A stretch of 64,000 nucleotides of DNA, taken from Amoebophrya sp. A120. Taxonomy: Eukaryota; Protista; Dinoflagellata. A program made the translations under genes and the position numbers. A model generated the notes under the pieces. It was not told the DNA's origin, ran no database searches, and saw only the letters and a list, made by a program, of their open reading frames with translations. Location: NCBI GenBank assembly GCA_905178155.1, contig CAJINV010000006.1, positions 4,513,175 to 4,577,174 on the forward strand, read 5' to 3'. This document shows, piece after piece, positions 58,901-64,000 of the stretch; position 1 is the first letter of the stretch, and the number at the start of each line of letters is the position of its first letter.

Positions 58901-61900
58901 GCCTCGGGGGAACGAAAACGCGCGCGCTATTTTGGCCCGGCCGACCTGGCCCAGCTTGGCCAGGCAAAATCGTCTCCTTTTTCGACACGCCAAATCGACC
59001 ATAGCCTCGGGGGAACGAAAACGCGCGCGCTATTTTGGCCCGGCCGAGCTGGTCCAGCTTGGCCAGGCAAAGTCGTCTACTTTTTCGACACGCCAAATCG
59101 ACCATAGCCTCGGGGGAACGAAAACGCGCGCGCTATTTTGGCCCGGCCGACCTGGCCCAGCTTGGCCAGGCAAAATCGTCTCCTTTTTCGACACGCCAAA
59201 TCGACCATAGCCTCGGGGGAACGAAAACGCGCGCGCTATTTTGGCCCGGCCGAGCTGGCCCAGCTTGGCCAGGCAAAGTCGTCTACTTTTTCGACACGTC
59301 AAATCGACCATAGCCTCGGGGGAACGAAAACGCGCGCGCTATTTTGGCCCGGCCGAGCTGGCCCAGCTTGGCCAGGCAAAGTCGTCTACTTTTTCGACAC
59401 GTCAAATCGACCATAGCCTCGGGGGAACGAAAACGCGCGCGCTATTTTGGCCCGGCCGAGCTGGCCCAGCTTGGCCAGGCAAAATCGTCTACTTTTTCGA
59501 CACGTCAAATCGACCATAGCCTCGAGGGAACGAAAACGCGCGCACTATTTTGGCCCGGCCGAGCTGGCCCAGCTTGGCCAGGCAAAATCAGCTACTTTTT
59601 CGACACGTGAAATCGATCATAGCCTCGGGGGAACGAAAACGCGCGCGCTATTTTGGCCCGGCCGAGATAGCCCAGCTTGGCCAGGCAAAATCGTCTACTT
59701 TTTCGACACGTCAAATCGACCATAGCGCCGCGGGAGCGAACGCGCGGAGGACATTTTGGCCCGGCCAAGCTGGCCTCCAGCTGGCGAGGCAAAGTCGGCT
59801 ACTTTTTGGGCGGGCGAAATCGACCATAGCCTCGAGGGAATGAAAACGCGGAGGACATTTTGGCCCGGCCAAGTTGGACTCCAGCTGGCTAGGCAAAGTC
59901 GGCTACTTTTTGGGCGGGTGAAGTCGACCATAGCGCCGCGGGAGCGAACGCGCGGGGGGCATTTCGGCCCGGCCAAGCTGGACTCCAGCTGGCGAGGCAA
60001 AGTCGGCTACTTTTTGGGTGGGCGAAATCGACCATAGCCTCGAGGGAACGAAAACGCGGAAGACATTTTGGCCCGGCCAAATTGGACTCCAGCGAGCTGG
60101 CTAGGCAAAGTGGGCTACTTTTTGGGCGGGTGAAGTCGACCATAGCGCCGCGGGAGCGAACGCGCGGAGGACATTTTGGCCCGGCTCAGCTGGCCAGCAA
60201 GAGTCGGCTCGGCCCAGCTGGGCCAGGTAAAGTCGCCAACTTTTTCTTGGGCGGTGGCGAAATGGGCCATAGCGGCGAGTTCGACGACAACAAAACATAA
60301 CGAAACTGACAGGTTCGTCGTTCTCATTGGACCATCAATTTCCTGGATCAAGCGCTCGACGTTGCCCATGTCCAGATCCTATGTATTGCAAAAGTACCGT
60401 ACTACCGTACTAGCATATAGTGATCAATTCGGTCAGCATCAGGAATGGAATTTGTAATGCGGACGCAGCTTAGGAAAGGGATTTGTAATGCATAAATACA
60501 ATTGCTACGAGTGCGACACTTTTGCACACCATAGATCCCGCTTTTTGGTGACCAAGATGCGATCATTTACCTGGTCATGAACGACCAAACTATGAGAGTG
60601 CACAACCCCCCCTCCCGGTCCCGCTCATTTCCATTTGCCATGCAAAATCCCAAATCTACCTCTTGTATGTTAGCACTTTTTGCATGACAGATTCCGACAG
60701 CCAAAACAGCACTACAATCCTCCAGGAATTTGTCATGCAAAAGCTGCAGCTTTGCCAGCGCTTGCGTTGCTGTTCATGCAACACAACTGAGGGGGACGAG
60801 GGGGATTTGTGCACTCTCATACAAACCCTGCGAGGTTTAACCGACGTATTGGCCGACGATGCGGAGCAGATCACTTCCTTAAAGGAAAGCGAGCAACTCC
60901 CGGACCCTTTGGACAGTCACGTGCGCGTGATCCCGCAACGGGAACTGAATGCGTATGATCTATGGCGTTCTCATCAAATGTTAAACTCTCAGCTAATACA
61001 TGGCTTGTCATGCAAAAACACTATCACCCTTCACACGATCAAGCCTTCTTCGAATGACAACTTCTCGACGCGCTACATAGAACTACAATACGCCGCCCCA
61101 AATCTGTAATGCAAAAGTCGCAATCTTCCTCCACTCCTTTGCCTTTCACTTTTGCCATTGTTGCATTACAAATTTATGTAGCAGCTGAGAATCAATGTAA
61201 CGTTTGAGAACTCGATATGATCATCTAAACGCGTACACCATGGACGTGGATTATGAAAGTGCACAACTCCCCCTCCCCCTCGTTTGTCATGCAAAATCCC
61301 AAATCCACTTGCTGCCCTGTAGCACTGGTGATTACGTGTATGGGAGTCAGCATGGTGATTACGTGTATGGGAGTCAGCATACACGTAGAGTTGTGATCTC
61401 CTTCGGGTCGGTTTTCTTCTTGTGTCGCTTTCTTTTGTGCCACCGGCGTTCTTCAACAAGAAGACTTTCTCGCGCCTGATTGTCTGGTATGCATGTGAGA
61501 ATTTGTATGTCGATTTGGTTGCACGGGACTGAGACTGAACAGACGGCGAGCGTTTTCAGTTTTGACGTGTATCGGAACTGACACTACAGTGGCCAGCTCG
61601 AATAGAGCTTGTTCGTTCCTTGTGGCTTTCGTGTTCCCCTGTCTGTGCCATGGGTCTATGAGAGACTTCGACGTAGAAGTAGTAACGGTAGTTTTGTAAT
61701 CCACGTATTTTTCGCGTGGTTGTCCTAGGTGAGCTAGCACCCGTGTCCGTGGACAACCATCTAAGACGCGGAAAATAGCGAGCACTTTAGTTTTTGGCTT
61801 TCTCTGGTTTGGTCATGATTTTTGGACCGCTTCTTAGGGTGGTCGAGAAAGCCAGACTAAAGACGGCACGGGCAGAAGTGGATCGGTTTAGAAGCGCGCT

Positions 61901-63300
61901 AGTATGTAGTGTTAGTTAAGGTAGATTATAGTTATTTTAGCTTGGATTAAATAGTTTATTTCCCGTCTTGGGGTTTGTAATGTAGTTGCTCCGCCCTTGT
62001 TGTTTCGGGCTTGTTCCGACCTTTTGCATGATCTGATGCTGTCTCGGTCGGTGGTGTGTGTGGTTTCATCTCTGCTCCCTCGGTTGCGGACGTTTTTGCA
62101 TTTGTCCGCTGCGACAGTTCGCCTTGTTTGCAGCTGCTCGCCATGAAAGCAACTACATTACATCTTGCCTCACTTTTTTGAGATGGGTTCTTTCGTATCT
62201 AGGACTGTGCCATAGTAGATGACTTTACCGCTTTTTTACTTTTCTTTTATCCCTCAGCGCTGGTGGGTCTGCCGGCAAAATTATCCCTACTCAGATAGCT
62301 ACAAAGCTCATTCCGCAGCCGTCCCAGGAGCTCTTGTGGCTGTCTCTCGGTAGTGATCGCTTTGCCCGTGCTTATTCCGCTCAGAGTTTGCTGGGTAGGT
62401 GGTTACCGTTTGTAGCTTTTATAAAGAAATGGGACGCCCTGCCCTTAGCCTTCCAACATGACAAATTCCGGAAGCCCAAAGAGTAATACACAAGGCGCAT
62501 AAATTTGCCATGCATAGGCTCCATGTGTGCTGGTGTCTGTATTGCTGCTCATGCCATACAAATGAGGGGAAGGGGGAGTTGTGCACTGTCATATGGATGG
62601 GTACCAGTTCGGCGATCTGCTCGTTACCTTCCCACAGTGCAAGGACGCGAGCTGCAACGCGTTGTTCCACCTCGCCGCGGAGTACGCGCACGAACGGGAC
62701 GAGTTCGCGTTCAATCCCCACGACTGGACGCACGTCCGGCTGTTTGGACCGAGGGACTTGGTCGCCATGTGGTGGCGGAGACATATGGAGGAGGAGAGGA
62801 GGCGGGAAAACGAAAATGAGGATGAGGACGACAACGACGATGAAAATGCTAGCGGTAATAAAGCGGAACAGGATGATGTTGAGGAAGACGATAACGATGC
62901 AGCGAGTACAACAAGTTCTAACCCGGCGAAAATCTCTGTTCGGGGGGAGGAGCAGCAACAGGAGGAGTCGTTACTTTCCTCCGTCGAGGGACTGGAAGAT
63001 GACGTGTACGAGGAAGGGAACAACCCTGCTGACGAGGCAGAGGCTGGCGTGGACGCGGAGACAGGAGAGGACGTCCTAGATGCAGGGCAACAAGATCTTC
63101 ATGACGACCAGTACGATGATGAACCAGGAGTAGAACCAGGAGTAGAACAACCCGAGGATCCGGAACTAGAAGGGGGAGTAGATGAAAACGAGCACCTTGC
63201 TGAGCCTGAAATCATGGAAGAGGAAGAGCATTTCACTGGGGACGGGGAAGGCTTTGAAGAGACCTACGATGCTGGGGGCGGGACTGTGGAGGATGAGTAA
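52970..63300 (+). CDS. Glycosyltransferase family 34-like protein (GMA12/MNN10 galactosyl/mannosyltransferase type) with acidic N- and C-terminal extensions; 22 exons
   Basis: Spliced motifs RIAIVS, NREVYARKHGY, HAKL, EFDWVVWLDCDSLIMN (DxD), DLLITEEGWGLSSANWMVRRSHW, GDQDAI, IPQRELNAY and YQFGDLLVTFPQC occur in GT34 order. 18 introners plus GT-AG introns at 55597-55776, 56484-56587 and 58181-60312. Start codon tentative. Confidence 0.87.
53028..53186. mobile_element. Introner, family A
   Basis: TSD AGGGC. Confidence 0.88.
53379..53657. mobile_element. Introner, family D, opposite orientation to 36808-37086
   Basis: TSD GCAAT. Confidence 0.88.
53709..53843. mobile_element. Introner, degenerate family A
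   Basis: TSD AAGAG. Confidence 0.82.
54225..54384. mobile_element. Introner, degenerate family A
   Basis: TSD CGAAA. Confidence 0.82.
54461..54635. mobile_element. Introner, family J
   Basis: tatgcaatacaaatttcccgtaca...tgtacgggaaatttattgtggata; TSD TTTCA. Confidence 0.82.
54929..55086. mobile_element. Introner, family A
   Basis: TSD TGATC. Confidence 0.87.
55163..55427. mobile_element. Introner, family B
   Basis: TSD GAGCA. Confidence 0.87.
55597..55776 (+). other. Canonical GT-AG intron
   Basis: gtactt...atcag; spliced frame YPPTSDIALK. Confidence 0.75.
55826..56158. mobile_element. Introner, family D, with internal fold-back
   Basis: TSD TACGC; spliced frame EVYARKHGY. Confidence 0.88.
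56208..56422. mobile_element. Introner, family H
   Basis: tatcgcacgaaaaaactgtttcactgtga...tcacagtgaaacagttttttcatacgata; TSD GCCCT/ACCCC. Confidence 0.85.
56484..56587 (+). other. Canonical GT-AG intron carrying introner-type internal motifs
   Basis: gtatag...ttccag; frame VNHY|IRSGEFDW. Confidence 0.78.
56636..56897. mobile_element. Introner, family B
   Basis: TSD ACAGT; frame LDCDS|LIMN. Confidence 0.9.
56978..57125. mobile_element. Introner, family A
   Basis: TSD ACTTT. Confidence 0.88.
57192..57347. mobile_element. Introner, family A
   Basis: TSD GAACG/AAACG. Confidence 0.87.
57526..57878. mobile_element. Introner, family B, with ~90-bp internal insertion
   Basis: TSD GGAAT/GGAAA. 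Confidence 0.85.
57965..58145. mobile_element. Introner, degenerate family A
   Basis: TSD AAGAA. Confidence 0.8.
58181..60312 (+). other. 2.1-kb canonical GT-AG intron containing a satellite
   Basis: ATG|gtatcg...ctgacag|GTT gives NWM|VRRSHW. Confidence 0.82.
58628..60270. repeat. GC-rich tandem satellite with ~103-bp unit, ~16 copies
   Basis: Exact 103-bp period in the core (ORF starts 58829, 58932, 59035 ... 59550); diverged ~104-bp units at the edges. Confidence 0.95.
60380..60533. mobile_element. Introner, family A
   Basis: TSD GATCC. Confidence 0.85.
60591..60821. mobile_element. Introner, family F
   Basis: TSD CAAAC. Confidence 0.88.
60961..61217. mobile_element. Introner, family E
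   Basis: TSD TGATC. Confidence 0.85.
61252..62593. mobile_element. Introner, family F, expanded by a ~1.1-kb internal insert
   Basis: tatgaaagtgcacaactcccc...ggggagttgtgcactgtcata; TSD TGGAT; frame MDVD|GYQF. Confidence 0.87.
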
Positions 63301-64000
63301 AAGCATTCTCGCTCCTTATGTGGTAGTTGAGCTTCTACTTTTTTATCACCCCGGCGGTGTTGAGCATTAATTTCGTAGTAAGTAAAAAAAAAAACTTCGA
63401 TAAAGCTGCATCGATCGTCAATACGTACGTACAGTGTCTGTTGATTTTACAATCGTTACTGCCGAGATTCTTTTTATGTTCTTGTCACGTACTAGTACTC
63501 GTGATTTTTTCAAAATGATGCGCATTTCATGTCGTGAAATATATAGGTACATAGATGAACCGTATCTGCAAAAATTGCTATAGTAGAAGCTGCTGTAGCT
63601 GCATGAGAAACTACTGAACTTTTAGGTCCAGCATAAAAGCGCCGGCGCTGCGTGGATCTTTCAAAACATCCCCTCAAAGTGCTTTGTTTGTATGTAGTGA
63701 GGTCACCGAACGGTTCTAACCGGGGAGTTTTTTTGCCACCTCCCGTGAAAAACGACCGGCAGTTTTGAAGCGGGCGGAAGTGTTTTTTGACAGAAAAAAT
63801 TTTCAATTGTCAAGCGGCCGGGGCGTTGCCATCAAACAAGCCCGGTTGAAAACTATCGATTCGCACTTGATAAAACGACGCAGGGGAGCCGGCAAAAGGG
63901 GCGCCCTTCTGAGGCGCCCGCCGCCTTGGTTTCTGGCGATTTGGGGCGCCCAAAAAGGGGCGCGCAAAAAACGCGCCCAAAATCAGAACAGCGAAACAGC

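Noticed and set aside
58629-60300. Repeated ~92-aa ORFs (MARPSWPSLARQ...) as a gene family
   Set aside because: Translation artefacts of the 103-bp satellite inside a GT34 intron.
1-64000. rRNA, tRNA, spliced-leader or telomeric sequences, or an autonomous transposase
   Set aside because: None recognised by eye; a covariance-model or HMM search would be needed to exclude them.

Overview
Eukaryotic, gene-dense DNA with every recognisable gene on the + strand. The style strongly suggests the parasitic dinoflagellate Amoebophrya (Syndiniales); this is inferred from the element type and was not tested by a search. About 65 short elements (typically 140-340 bp) interrupt the exons. They start TAT, end ATA, carry terminal inverted repeats (TIRs) of about 9 families, and are flanked by 5-bp direct repeats (TSDs). 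Removing an element plus one TSD copy restores the reading frame at all 43 junctions checked in three genes, so they behave as non-canonical introner introns. Reconstructed genes are a large coiled-coil protein (23214-39156, 18 introners), a DUF3431-like protein (46403-52047, 7 introners) and a GT34/MNN10-like glycosyltransferase (52970-63300, 18 introners plus 3 GT-AG introns). There is also an intronless 925-aa ORF, two paralogous unknown genes in the first 21 kb, a local segmental duplication, a TA-flanked MITE and a 103-bp satellite. The most unusual structure is a repeat-spacer array inside one intron (48334-50153). Four ~35-bp direct repeats separate 0.44-0.66 kb unique spacers. Two spacers hold synonymously diverged exon pieces of the two neighbouring intron-rich genes, with introners that the resident genes lack. 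Coordinates were counted by hand and may be off by a few bases.
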